24,079 bases of DNA. It comes from Gemmatimonadota bacterium (GTDB lineage Bacteria; Gemmatimonadota; Gemmatimonadetes; Longimicrobiales; Gaopeijiaceae). Shown here piece by piece: positions 15,332-24,079 of the stretch (its first letter is position 1; each line of letters starts with the position of its first letter). Under the pieces are notes generated by a model. It was not told the origin of the DNA and did not search any database. It saw nothing but the letters and a program-made list of their open reading frames with translations. The position numbers and the translations under genes were made by a program. The DNA lies in assembly GCA_039589315.1 (NCBI GenBank), contig JBDHHQ010000066.1, forward strand, positions 1-24,079, in the 5' to 3' direction.

Positions 15332-18010
15332 TCACTCCGCGGCGATCGCCTTCAAGGGATCCACTCGTGCCGCGTGCACCGCTGGCACCACGGACGCCGC
15401 CAGAGCAACGGCCGCAAGAAGCCCGACGGCCATGACATAGGTACGGACGTCGGTCGCACTGACTCCGTAGATCTGCGTCGCGATCGCCTGGCTGAGCGTC
15501 AAGCTGACCAGGATCCCGAGGAAGAGCCCGATCAACACCCGGGCATAGCCCTGCCGTACTACCTGGAGAACCACTCCTTCCGGTGGTGCGCCGAGCGCCT
15601 TGCGGATACCGATCTCTCGACCGCGCTGGGCCACGGAGAAGCTCAACACGCCGTAGAGTCCAGCGCCTCCCATCGCGAGCGCCACCAGGGCGAACACCGA
15701 GAGCAGAAGCATGCGGTACCGGCGAGGGGCGATGGCGTTCGCCACCACCTCGTCCATGGTCAGCAGGCCGTACAGAGGAAGGGCGGGATCCGCTTGTTTG
15801 ACCGCATTGCGCACGGCGGAGGCGACGCTGTGGGGATCACCCGAGGTGCGGACGACGAAGGTCGTGTGGTTCAGGGCATTCTGGCTGTGAGCCAGGAAGA
15901 CCTCGGGCTCGGGTGAACTGTCCAGACCGCCGGTGGTGACGTCGGCCACGACCCCGATCACCGTGGCCCACTCCGTCTCGGGATCATCGGGATCTCCCCA
16001 GAACGTCAGGCGCTTTCCGACCGGGTCCTCGCCGGGCCAATACCGGTCGGCGAGCGCCTGGTTGATCACAGCCACGGTGGTCGTCTCAATTCGGTCGCTG
16101 CCGTCGATCGAGCGGCCCCGCAACAGAGGGATGCGGAGCGTGCGGAAGTAGTCCGGGCTCACGACCTGATAACCGGCCGAAGGAAAATCCACCGCGTCCT
16201 GAGGCCTCCCCTCTATCGCGAAGGTGAACGTGCCACGCATTGCCCAATGCATCGGCAGCGTCAGGACCGTGGCCGCCGACTCCACTTCCGGGATCGCTCG
16301 AAGTCGCGCCAACACGTCGTCGTACAACGCCGCGATCGCGCCCTCCTCGGCGTACTCGGCGGTCGGCAGAGAGACATGAGCGACCAAGGTGTGTCCTGGA
16401 TCGAATCCGGGATCCGTGTCCTGGAGCTGTTGAAACGTGCGAACCATCAATCCGGCGCCGACCAGCAGCACCAGTGAGAGCGCGACCTCAGCGACGACCA
16501 CGATGTCGCGGAGGCGCGAGCGGTACTTCTCGGTCGCCAGGGATCCACGCAGCCAGGGCGACAGACCAGACCCACGGTCCGACACGCCGAGCAGGGGAGC
16601 GAGGCCAAAGAGGACGCCCGTGACAAGTGCCAGAATGGTGCTGAACCCGAATACGCGAGCATCGACCTCGACCTCGCCCAGCCGGGGGATGCCCTCGGGA
16701 GCCATCGCGACGAGTCCCCACGTGCCCCCCACCGCCAGCGCGAAACCGGCGAGTCCCCCAAACAGGGACAGCAACACACTCTCCGTGAGGAGTTGGCGTC
16801 GAATCCGGGCCGCGCTGGCACCCAGCCCGAGGCGAACGGCCAGCTCCCGCCCCCGTTGTGACACGCGCACGGTCAGGAGGTTTGCCACGTTTGCGCACGA
16901 AATCAGCATGACCAGACCCACCGCTCCGAGCAACAGGAGAAGGGTGGGCTTCACTTCGCCAACGAGCGCGTCCCGAAGCCGGACGACCGAGACGCCCTCA
17001 TCGGTCTGGGTATCAGGAAACTCGAGCGCGAGCTGTGCGGCCAGTCCGTCCATCTCCGCTTGGGCAGCAGCGATGCTGACCCCGTCGGCCAGGCGACCCA
17101 CTACCGAGAGGTACTGAGCGCCGCGGTTGTCGCTCATGTCCGTCAGGTCGCGCGGTTGCAGTGGGACGCGGTGAGGCGAGGTGACGAAGATCGACGCGTC
17201 TGGTGGGAAGTCGAACTCGGGAGGCATCACGCCGACGATCGCGTGCGCCTCACCATTGAGGATGACGGTCCGTCCAATGATGTCCGGATCCGCTCCGAAT
17301 CGAGCCTGCCAGAACGAGCTCGCGAGAACGGCGAGGCGACTCCCGACGGGCTCACCGCTCCGTGGAGTCCGCCCGAGCGCCGCCGGGACGTCGAGGACAT
17401 CGAAGAACTCGGGTACGACGGATACGCCTGAGATGCGCTGGGGGAATTCTCCACCCACGAGGTTGAAGCTCAATCTCCGATACGCAGCCAAGGCCTGGAA
17501 CGACTGCGCCTCCGCGCGCCAGTCGAGGTAGGTAGCCCCCGCAACCACGTTCGAGAATTCGCCCAGCGCGGGCTCGGTGGCATACACCTGGACCAGTCGT
17601 TCCGGCTCTGGCAGCCGCACGGGTCGCAGGAGCAGCGCATCGGACACGCTGAACACAGAGGTGCTGGCCCCGATTCCGACGGCCACACTCGCGACCGCAA
17701 AGGAGGTAAACCCTGGTTTGCGCCTGAAGCTGCGGGCCGCGAAACGGAGATCTCGGATGAGCTCAGGCGGTACCGCCCGCGTTCTCTCCCAGAAGAAGGC
17801 CGCGCAGACCTGCAGCGTGGACCGCCAATACCAGAGGCGGGCGTGGGCCGGGTTCCGAGCTGATCGAATCCGATACTCCTCCGCTAGATCGCCGAGCAGC
17901 GAATCTCGTGTGAGACCCTGCGGCAGAGCCGCGCGCAGCAAGGCGACGGCAACCCGTGGTGGACGGGACGAGGCCGGGCGGCTCGGGTCGGTGGGAGGCC
18001 GAAGCTTCAC
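15332..18010 (-). CDS. ADOP family duplicated orphan ABC permease (MacB_PCD/FtsX x2)
   Basis: PPR..LGDLAEEY prefix, DLRFAARS, LISCANVANLL, REIGIRKALGA and AARVDP. The GTG overlaps the padR TGA. Confidence 0.95.
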   Translation of the reverse strand: MKLRPPTDPSRPASSRPPRVAVALLRAALPQGLTRDSLLGDLAEEYRIRSARNPAHARLWYWRSTLQVCAAFFWERTRAVPPELIRDLRFAARSFRRKPGFTSFAVASVAVGIGASTSVFSVSDALLLRPVRLPEPERLVQVYATEPALGEFSNVVAGATYLDWRAEAQSFQALAAYRRLSFNLVGGEFPQRISGVSVVPEFFDVLDVPAALGRTPRSGEPVGSRLAVLASSFWQARFGADPDIIGRTVILNGEAHAIVGVMPPEFDFPPDASIFVTSPHRVPLQPRDLTDMSDNRGAQYLSVVGRLADGVSIAAAQAEMDGLAAQLALEFPDTQTDEGVSVVRLRDALVGEVKPTLLLLLGAVGLVMLISCANVANLLTVRVSQRGRELAVRLGLGASAARIRRQLLTESVLLSLFGGLAGFALAVGGTWGLVAMAPEGIPRLGEVEVDARVFGFSTILALVTGVLFGLAPLLGVSDRGSGLSPWLRGSLATEKYRSRLRDIVVVAEVALSLVLLVGAGLMVRTFQQLQDTDPGFDPGHTLVAHVSLPTAEYAEEGAIAALYDDVLARLRAIPEVESAATVLTLPMHWAMRGTFTFAIEGRPQDAVDFPSAGYQVVSPDYFRTLRIPLLRGRSIDGSDRIETTTVAVINQALADRYWPGEDPVGKRLTFWGDPDDPETEWATVIGVVADVTTGGLDSSPEPEVFLAHSQNALNHTTFVVRTSGDPHSVASAVRNAVKQADPALPLYGLLTMDEVVANAIAPRRYRMLLLSVFALVALAMGGAGLYGVLSFSVAQRGREIGIRKALGAPPEGVVLQVVRQGYARVLIGLFLGILVSLTLSQAIATQIYGVSATDVRTYVMAVGLLAAVALAASVVPAVHAARVDPLKAIAAE

Positions 18011-18342
18011 GGCGTGTCCATGAGGAGCTCGTCGATTCCCTCCCACGAGGCGAGCAGGGAGGCTCGGGCCGCGCGAAGCGCGTTGCGCCCGTCGCGCGTG
18101 ACCTCGAGGTACCGTTTGGGACGCCCCTCTCGCCCCGGCCCGGTGTCGCCTCGGTTGGACCTGAGAAGCGACTTCTTCTCGAGACGGTCCAACGTGACGT
18201 AGAGGGAGCCGCGGTTCACGTCCCGGCCCGTCGTTTCTTCCAGCCAGGCCAGGACCAGAGGGGGGTATGCGGCGGGGCCGACCTGCAGAACAGCGGACAG
18301 AACCAACTGTTCGAAGGTTCCAAGCAACGGATCTCGTGTCAT
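18007..18342 (-). CDS. PadR family transcriptional regulator
   Basis: LGTFEQLVL..GSLYVTLDRLEKK..GRPKRYLEVT..W. Confidence 0.93.
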   Translation of the reverse strand: MTRDPLLGTFEQLVLSAVLQVGPAAYPPLVLAWLEETTGRDVNRGSLYVTLDRLEKKSLLRSNRGDTGPGREGRPKRYLEVTRDGRNALRAARASLLASWEGIDELLMDTP

Positions 18343-18348
18343 GCTTTC

Positions 18349-18377
18349 ATCGTAAGCATAACGGACGAGGCAGTCAA
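18349..18377 (-). promoter_or_regulatory. Sigma70-type promoter, probably leaderless
   Basis: TTGACT-N17-TACGAT-N6-ATG with no SD sequence. Confidence 0.7.
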
Positions 18378-18403
18378 CGGAGGATCTCTGGATGGGTCCG
18401 AGC

Positions 18404-18431
18404 TTGATTTGTTCAATCCAATTGATAAAAT
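18404..18431 (+). promoter_or_regulatory. Sigma70-type extended -10 promoter, probably leaderless
   Basis: TTGATT-N16-TAAAAT with TG-n before the -10; the ATG follows 5 nt later with no SD; the palindrome TCAAT-CCA-ATTGA lies in the spacer. Confidence 0.65.
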
Positions 18432-18436
18432 ACGGT

Positions 18437-18772
18437 ATGGCAAGGAACCAAACCCTCGGGGAGACGGAGCACCTCGTCCTGTTGGTCGTCATCCGCCTGG
18501 GCGATGACGCCTACGGCATGCGCATCTCGGAGGAGCTGGCGGACCGCGTGGGCCGCGACGTGTCCATCGGATCGGTCTACGCGGCGCTCGATCGCCTGGA
18601 AAAGCGCGGGTACGTCACCAGCCGCGTGGGCGATCCGACTCCTCAACGAGGGGGACGCGCGAAACGGTACTTCGCGGCGGAGCGCAGGGGCGTCGAGGCC
18701 CTCGCCGATTCCCGGGCGCTTCTGACCGATCTCTGGGACGGGATCGAGCTCGATCCCGAGAGCTACGGGTGA
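18437..18772 (+). CDS. PadR family transcriptional regulator
   Basis: LGETEHLVLL..AYG..GSVYAALDRLEKRG..RGGRAKRYF..LW. Confidence 0.95.
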   Translation: MARNQTLGETEHLVLLVVIRLGDDAYGMRISEELADRVGRDVSIGSVYAALDRLEKRGYVTSRVGDPTPQRGGRAKRYFAAERRGVEALADSRALLTDLWDGIELDPESYG

Positions 18773-21453
18773 CGGACTCCAGGGCGGCACCACCCGGCCT
18801 GGCCAGGCTGATGGTCACCCTGGCAACACCCCCACGGTACCGGCAGTGCGTTCTGGGCGATCTGGAGGAGGCCTTCCACCTTCGGGCCGCCCGGTGGAGC
18901 CTGGACGAGGCGCGACGATGGTACTGGCGACAAGCCCTCCGATCGGTGCTGCCAGGGCTGAGCACACGACTTCGCAAGTGGGAGGGCGACCGAGAGACCG
19001 AGATCGATCTCGGCGAGATGAGACGGAAGAGACGTGCCACATGGGCTGAGGAGTGGACGATGGGCGGATGGATTCGGCATGTGAGACTGGCGGTGAGATC
19101 ACTGGCCAGAAAGCCTGGCTTCGCGCTCTTGGCCATCGTCACGCTGGGGCTCGGAATCGGGGCGAACACGGCGATCTTCAGCGTGCTCTACGGGTCGCTC
19201 CTGCGGCCGCTCCCGTACTCCGACGTCGACCGGCTCGTCTACCTGTCCGACGGGCATGAGAACTTCGGTGGTGCGGGGGTCGATCAGACCATTCCGAATC
19301 TGCTCGATCTGCGTGAAGGATCACGCCTCATGCAATCGTCGGCGATGTTCACCTTCACCGGCGGCAACCTCTCCACGAGCGAGCAGCCCGAGCGCGTTCG
19401 AGTGCTGCTGACGTCTTCGGAGCTGCTCAGCGTGCTTGGCGTGGCCCCCTCCCTCGGCCGGGACCTGGTCCCTGAAGACGACTTGAATGGCGCGGAGCGG
19501 ACGGTGCTGATCAGCGATGCGCTGTGGCGTCGCAGCTTCGGGGCCGACCCGGGTGTGGTCGGACGAACGACGATCATCGACGCGGCTCCCGTGCGCATCG
19601 TTGGGATCACGCCTCCAGGATTCTCGTTTCCCGCCGCGCCGGACGTGTTCATGACGCTCCAGCACGTGGGCGGGGACTACCCACGGGGGAATCGGAACTA
19701 CAACGCGGTCGGCCGGCTGGCGGCGGGCGCCAGCGTCGAGGCTCTGCGGGAAGAGTTGCAGGGGATCTTCGACGGGCTGGTGGAGAGGTACCCGGACGCG
19801 AACGGCGGAGGGTGGTATACGTGGGCGGCCCCGATCGACGAGTTCGTGCTCGGCATGAACCGCCGGTCGCTGTACTTGCTGAGCGGTGCTGTGGTACTGG
19901 TGCTGCTGATTGCGTGTGTGAACGTGGCCAACCTGCTCCTGGTGCGCTCCGAGAGTCGGCAGCGGGAGCTCGCCGTGCGGTTCGCGTTGGGCGCAGGGCG
20001 TGCCGGTCTCGTCCCGCACTTCATCAGTGAGGGCCTGGTGCTCTCGGTGCTGGGCGGTGCCATCGGTGTGCTGGCGGCGATCGGCGGGATCGACCTCCTG
20101 GTCGCCCTCTACGGCGGCTCGCTCGCTCGATCCGAGCAGATCGACCTGAACGGAACCGTGCTGTTCTTTAGCGTTGGGGTCTCCTTGATCGTGGGACTGG
20201 TGGTCGGATTGGTGCCCCTCTTCCGCGCGCAGCCACAGCGGTTGCAAGCCTCCCTCAAGGAAGGGGCGCGCGGTTCGTCGCTCCGGAGCAGCCGGCTCGG
20301 TCGGTCCCTCGTGATGGCGGAGGTCGCGCTCGCCCTGGTCATCGTGGCCGGAGCGGGGCTCCTGATGAACAGCATGTGGAGGCTCCAGCACGTCGATCTC
20401 GGGCTCGCCGATACCGACGAGATGCTCACGTTCCAGCTCACGCTACCCGAGGCCAAGTACGAAGAGGGGGCACCGGTCGTCGGTTTCTTCGACGAGCTTT
20501 CACGGGAGCTCACGTCCATCCCCGGGGTGGAGGCGGTAGGGTTCGTGAATCGCTTGCCGCTCCTTGGGGGGTACAACACACGGATCTCCGTCTGGGGAGA
20601 CCCGGAGCGCGAGGCCAACTTCGTATCCTATCGACCCGTGACGCCCGGGTATTTCGACGCCCTGGGCGTGCCGCTCCTGTCAGGCCGCTGGTTGGATGCC
20701 GCAGAATATGCCGACGGAGCGGAGAGCGTGCTCATCAACGAGACGCTGGCTCGTCGGCTGTTCGCGGGGGCGGATCCGATCGGGCAGCGGATCGGGAGTT
20801 GGGTCGAGGGAGGTATGGCGGTCGTCGGCGTGGTGGGCGACGTGAAGGGCGGGGGGCCCACGCGGCCGGCCCCACCCGCGTTCTACTTCCCGTTCGCCAC
20901 ATTCGGAGGTGAGCGCGCCGCTTCGGCGATCGTGAGGACCGCCGGCAATCCTCGGGCGTTGATCCCCCACGTCCGCCAAGCGGTCGAACAGCTCGACCCC
21001 CAGGTCCCCGTCTACGGGATCAGAACCATGGAAGAGGTCGCGGTCCAGCGGTTGGGATCCCGGCGGTTCGCGATGTCGCTGTTCGGTGTCTTCGCGGGAC
21101 TGGCCCTGCTCCTGGGCGCGGTCGGGATCTACGGCGTTATGTCGTTCTCCGTCACTCAGCGAACCCGGGAATTGGGGGTTCGCCTGGCGCTCGGAGCGAG
21201 CCGAGGCTCGGTGATGCGGATGGTGTTGAGCCAGAGCGCTCGTCTGGTGGGGCCCGGCCTGGCGCTCGGGTTGCTTCTGGCACTCGCTGCTGCCCGACTG
21301 CTCAGCAGCTTGCTCTTCGAGGTGAGCGCGGTAGACCCGGTCACCTACCTGGCGGTGGCGTCCGTGCTCGCGATGGTAGCCCTCGGGGCGACCTTCGTTC
21401 CGGCGCTGAGAGCGACCCGGGTCGATCCGCTCACCAGCATCCGCAATGACTGA
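18769..21453 (+). CDS. ADOP family duplicated orphan ABC permease
   Basis: LGDLEEAF prefix, LGIGANTAIFS, LIACVNVANLLL, RTRELGVRLALGA and RATRVDP. The GTG overlaps the padR TGA. Confidence 0.95.
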   Translation: MTDSRAAPPGLARLMVTLATPPRYRQCVLGDLEEAFHLRAARWSLDEARRWYWRQALRSVLPGLSTRLRKWEGDRETEIDLGEMRRKRRATWAEEWTMGGWIRHVRLAVRSLARKPGFALLAIVTLGLGIGANTAIFSVLYGSLLRPLPYSDVDRLVYLSDGHENFGGAGVDQTIPNLLDLREGSRLMQSSAMFTFTGGNLSTSEQPERVRVLLTSSELLSVLGVAPSLGRDLVPEDDLNGAERTVLISDALWRRSFGADPGVVGRTTIIDAAPVRIVGITPPGFSFPAAPDVFMTLQHVGGDYPRGNRNYNAVGRLAAGASVEALREELQGIFDGLVERYPDANGGGWYTWAAPIDEFVLGMNRRSLYLLSGAVVLVLLIACVNVANLLLVRSESRQRELAVRFALGAGRAGLVPHFISEGLVLSVLGGAIGVLAAIGGIDLLVALYGGSLARSEQIDLNGTVLFFSVGVSLIVGLVVGLVPLFRAQPQRLQASLKEGARGSSLRSSRLGRSLVMAEVALALVIVAGAGLLMNSMWRLQHVDLGLADTDEMLTFQLTLPEAKYEEGAPVVGFFDELSRELTSIPGVEAVGFVNRLPLLGGYNTRISVWGDPEREANFVSYRPVTPGYFDALGVPLLSGRWLDAAEYADGAESVLINETLARRLFAGADPIGQRIGSWVEGGMAVVGVVGDVKGGGPTRPAPPAFYFPFATFGGERAASAIVRTAGNPRALIPHVRQAVEQLDPQVPVYGIRTMEEVAVQRLGSRRFAMSLFGVFAGLALLLGAVGIYGVMSFSVTQRTRELGVRLALGASRGSVMRMVLSQSARLVGPGLALGLLLALAAARLLSSLLFEVSAVDPVTYLAVASVLAMVALGATFVPALRATRVDPLTSIRND

Positions 21454-21471
21454 GGCCCCGAGGCCGGAGCT

Positions 21472-22092
21472 TCAAGCGGTTCCACCGGGGTCGCGCCACA
21501 TGAACCAGTTCGTGACACCGTGGATGACGGCTTCATCCATGACCTCGAAGGCGAAGCGTTCGTAGAACGGTACATTCTCGGGTCTATCGGTCTCCAGGTA
21601 GCTCGGCATCCCGTCCGCGTCCGCGAGCGAACAGAAGCGGCGCATGAGCAGTGTCCCGATCCCGCGGCCTTGACGGTTTGGAGCGACGCCGACCGGGCCG
21701 AGATGCCAGTGCGGGCGATCGGGATCGTGGCTGCCCCAAACAGCCTGCAGCTTTGCCGCGCGCGCCATCACACCGCGGAAAACTCCTCCGCCCGCTATGA
21801 GGATCAGCCTGGGAATGGCCCGTGCGGTGTCGCGACCCTTCATCTGGCATCGTGGCCAGGGAGCCATATTGAGGACACCGACGAGCTCTTCGGCGTCGTG
21901 GGCGACCAGTACCTTCGAGTACGGGCGCTCGAGCTTCAACAGCCTGAAGATCGCAGCCTGCTTGGCCTTTTCTGCCTCTCCCTGCCGCTGCCAGATCGCG
22001 ATGCTGTTCGGATTGGTGACAAACGCGGCGCCGAGTATCCGCGCAGCTGCTGAAACGTCTTTCGCGGCGAGGAAGTCTATGCTGATGTCCAC
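21472..22092 (-). CDS. GNAT family N-acetyltransferase
   Basis: GGAGG RBS; HWHLGPVGV..QGRGIG, YLET..NVPFYERFAF and MWR. Confidence 0.92.
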   Translation of the reverse strand: MDISIDFLAAKDVSAAARILGAAFVTNPNSIAIWQRQGEAEKAKQAAIFRLLKLERPYSKVLVAHDAEELVGVLNMAPWPRCQMKGRDTARAIPRLILIAGGGVFRGVMARAAKLQAVWGSHDPDRPHWHLGPVGVAPNRQGRGIGTLLMRRFCSLADADGMPSYLETDRPENVPFYERFAFEVMDEAVIHGVTNWFMWRDPGGTA

Positions 22093-22303
22093 GGTCCCAC
22101 CTCCATGAGCGTACTACGCAAGGCATCGGCACCTTCCCGCCGGCGATGGCGAACCGCCGGGCAAGGGGGTTTGCGTGCGGGTCCGCGTGTCGCAGAACGC
22201 GGCATGAGATCCAACTCACCGGATGTAGCCGGACTCCACAGTGCCTGCAGCTGCTCGCGTGTCGGCGTCAGGGGGTCCGAGCGAATGAAGAGCTCACTGG
22301 TGA

Positions 22304-24079
22304 TCACCGTATGGCAATCGGCTCGATCCGGGTGCCCTTCCGAACGAGCGTGACCTCGCCGTCCTCGCCGACCGCGTACAGATCCACCCAGAGGATGTCG
22401 TTGGTCCTCACGATCGCTCGGGCATCGCCTGCGGCCCGCTGTGCCGCCCCCCCTCCTGCGGGCAGCTGGTACGCGTCGGCCTCGTCTTGGTTCACCTCGG
22501 GCCAGCCGACGTCGGCAAGGGACTGGAGGGTGACAATGCTCAACGGTTCGGGTTCATTCTGCTCGGCGAACGGGGTCATGAGCTCCGCGCCGAATACCGA
22601 CTCTCGCCAATGGACGTCTACGGAGCCCTGCTCGCCCTCATTCTCGACCGGTACCTTCGGACCGGAGTAGTTGGCGCCGCCGACCTGATCGAACGCCTCG
22701 ATCGCCAGCGGGCCCGTGAAGTGTGGTTCCGACGTGCCCGCACCCACGAGCTGATCGCGCCAGAGCGTACCGACTCCCAGGACATGGCCGAACTCATGCA
22801 TCGCAGTCTCCAGGAGCTGGCCCGACGTCTCCATGCTCGCGAGATCAGCCTCGTCGAAGAGCAGCACGCCGATGATGGGCAGCCCGTCGACAACGCGCGT
22901 GAAACAAGGCGACGCGGCAGCGAGCGTGCCGCCCGGCCCGTCGCCGTCGAAGTCGGAAATCCCCACGAAGACACCGAGATCGTCCGCGTAGTCGTTCATC
23001 CCGAGTCCCTGGAGACCACAAACCGGGGCGGTCTCCGCGTCGGTCTCGATCCACAGTCCGATCAGGTCCCGAGGCAAAGCCGGCTCCCACCGGTTCGCGG
23101 CCTGTCGGACGATCGCCTGTTGGTTCGCGGTGAAGTCGCTCAAGAACGCGAGCTCGACGTCAAAACCCTGCTCGTCGTCCCGCATGCGGACGGTCAGATC
23201 GACGTCCGCGTAACCGGGACCGGTTCCGGTGTTGGGATCGACGAACCCGTCCACCAGGAAGAACCATTCGCCCGGCGTAGGATCGAGAATCTCTATCCAC
23301 TCGTTGTTGGCAGGATTGCCTGACGACTGCTGATCGGGGTCGTCGAAGTCATTCGTGGGCATCTGCCCGAGCCGGGCGAACAGGTCGAGATCGCCCGGTC
23401 CCGCGCCACCGAACGCCGTTCCTCCGCCCGTGGCGAAGTGCAGCTCACCGGTCCCCGGCAACACGGTGATCCGGTAGAAGCGCTGTAGCCCTGCCGGCCC
23501 CGAAAGGCCCGTGATCCGGTCACCGCTACTGAGCTCGGTGACCCCGCCGGACCCGACGAATACTTCGACCGGATTGCTGGTCATCCCTCCGGATGACGCC
23601 GTCAGGGCGGTGACGCCCTCGCGCCGGGCCGTGACGGTCACGCTCGGGCCCTCGGGATCGACGGTAGCGATGCCCGCATCGGCACTGACCCAGGTGAGCG
23701 GTGCTCCCGCAATGGCGGTGCCGAGTGCATCCAGGACCTCAGCCATCGCGGTCCCGGTTTCGCCCGGGCTCTGGAGAATCAAGAGCCCCGGTTCCGCGGA
23801 AACCGAGGCGGCCACCTGCTCGACCGTCACCTGAACCGGATCCGCCGGCACGCCGTCAACGCTGATGGCGATCTGGGCCTGCCCGTTCCCCGTCGCCGAG
23901 ATCAGTCCGTTCGCGTCGGCAATCGCGACGGTGGGATCGCTCGACACGTACGAGCCGTTGGGCGCTTCGATGATGCGGTCCAGTGCGTCGCGCGCCTCCA
24001 CGGTGATCTGGCTCGTCTCACCGATCGAGCTCAGTGCGACGGACGCGGCGCTCGTGAGAGATGCGGAGACTGCGACCTG
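22304..24079 (-). CDS. Secreted zinc metalloprotease, leishmanolysin-like (M8), with Ig-like (Big_2) repeats and a PPC domain; 5'-partial
   Basis: HEFGHVLG and HWRESVFGAELMT (third His plus Met-turn); SSDPTVA/WVSADAGIATV Ig repeats; GDLDLF..NNEWI..PGEW PPC domain. The frame is open to the window end. Confidence 0.9.
   Translation of the reverse strand, partial: QVAVSASLTSAASVALSSIGETSQITVEARDALDRIIEAPNGSYVSSDPTVAIADANGLISATGNGQAQIAISVDGVPADPVQVTVEQVAASVSAEPGLLILQSPGETGTAMAEVLDALGTAIAGAPLTWVSADAGIATVDPEGPSVTVTARREGVTALTASSGGMTSNPVEVFVGSGGVTELSSGDRITGLSGPAGLQRFYRITVLPGTGELHFATGGGTAFGGAGPGDLDLFARLGQMPTNDFDDPDQQSSGNPANNEWIEILDPTPGEWFFLVDGFVDPNTGTGPGYADVDLTVRMRDDEQGFDVELAFLSDFTANQQAIVRQAANRWEPALPRDLIGLWIETDAETAPVCGLQGLGMNDYADDLGVFVGISDFDGDGPGGTLAAASPCFTRVVDGLPIIGVLLFDEADLASMETSGQLLETAMHEFGHVLGVGTLWRDQLVGAGTSEPHFTGPLAIEAFDQVGGANYSGPKVPVENEGEQGSVDVHWRESVFGAELMTPFAEQNEPEPLSIVTLQSLADVGWPEVNQDEADAYQLPAGGGAAQRAAGDARAIVRTNDILWVDLYAVGEDGEVTLVRKGTRIEPIAIR

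Noticed and set aside
22077..22307. 76-aa ORF coupled to the protease stop
   Set aside because: No recognisable motif, and it overlaps the GNAT start and RBS.
1..24079. CRISPR array, DGR, retron or intact integrase/transposase
   Set aside because: I saw no regularly spaced repeats and no RT or recombinase motifs, and the differences between the copies are not adenine-specific.

Overview
High-GC bacterial DNA. The gene families (PadR + ADOP orphan permeases, kinase-TolB remnants, many lipoproteins, CHRD, M8 protease) suggest Gemmatimonadota or a similar lineage, which is an inference. The window has two parts. (1) About 340-14600 is an accessory mosaic lying just downstream of a 3' fragment of tRNA-Gly(CCC), a probable att site with arm-type repeats. 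It holds two diverged, reciprocally deleted copies of a lipoprotein cassette with predicted peptidoglycan-modifying enzymes: an M15 peptidase, two DUF4440/NTF2 proteins, MltG, an FlgD-Ig + Tlde1/DUF2778-like L,D-peptidase and a small Cys-rich lipoprotein. It also holds a polysaccharide deacetylase, an M14 carboxypeptidase, a DUF3471 protein, a decayed second tRNA and many gene fragments. (2) About 14700-24079 has intact genes: a CHRD lipoprotein, two divergent PadR-ADOP permease operons with apparently leaderless promoters, a GNAT acetyltransferase and a 5'-partial Ig/PPC/leishmanolysin-like protease. The best candidate for an undescribed system is the Tlde1-like lipoprotein-MltG cassette, which has no T6SS genes in this window. 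All domain calls come from motif recognition by eye; no searches were run.
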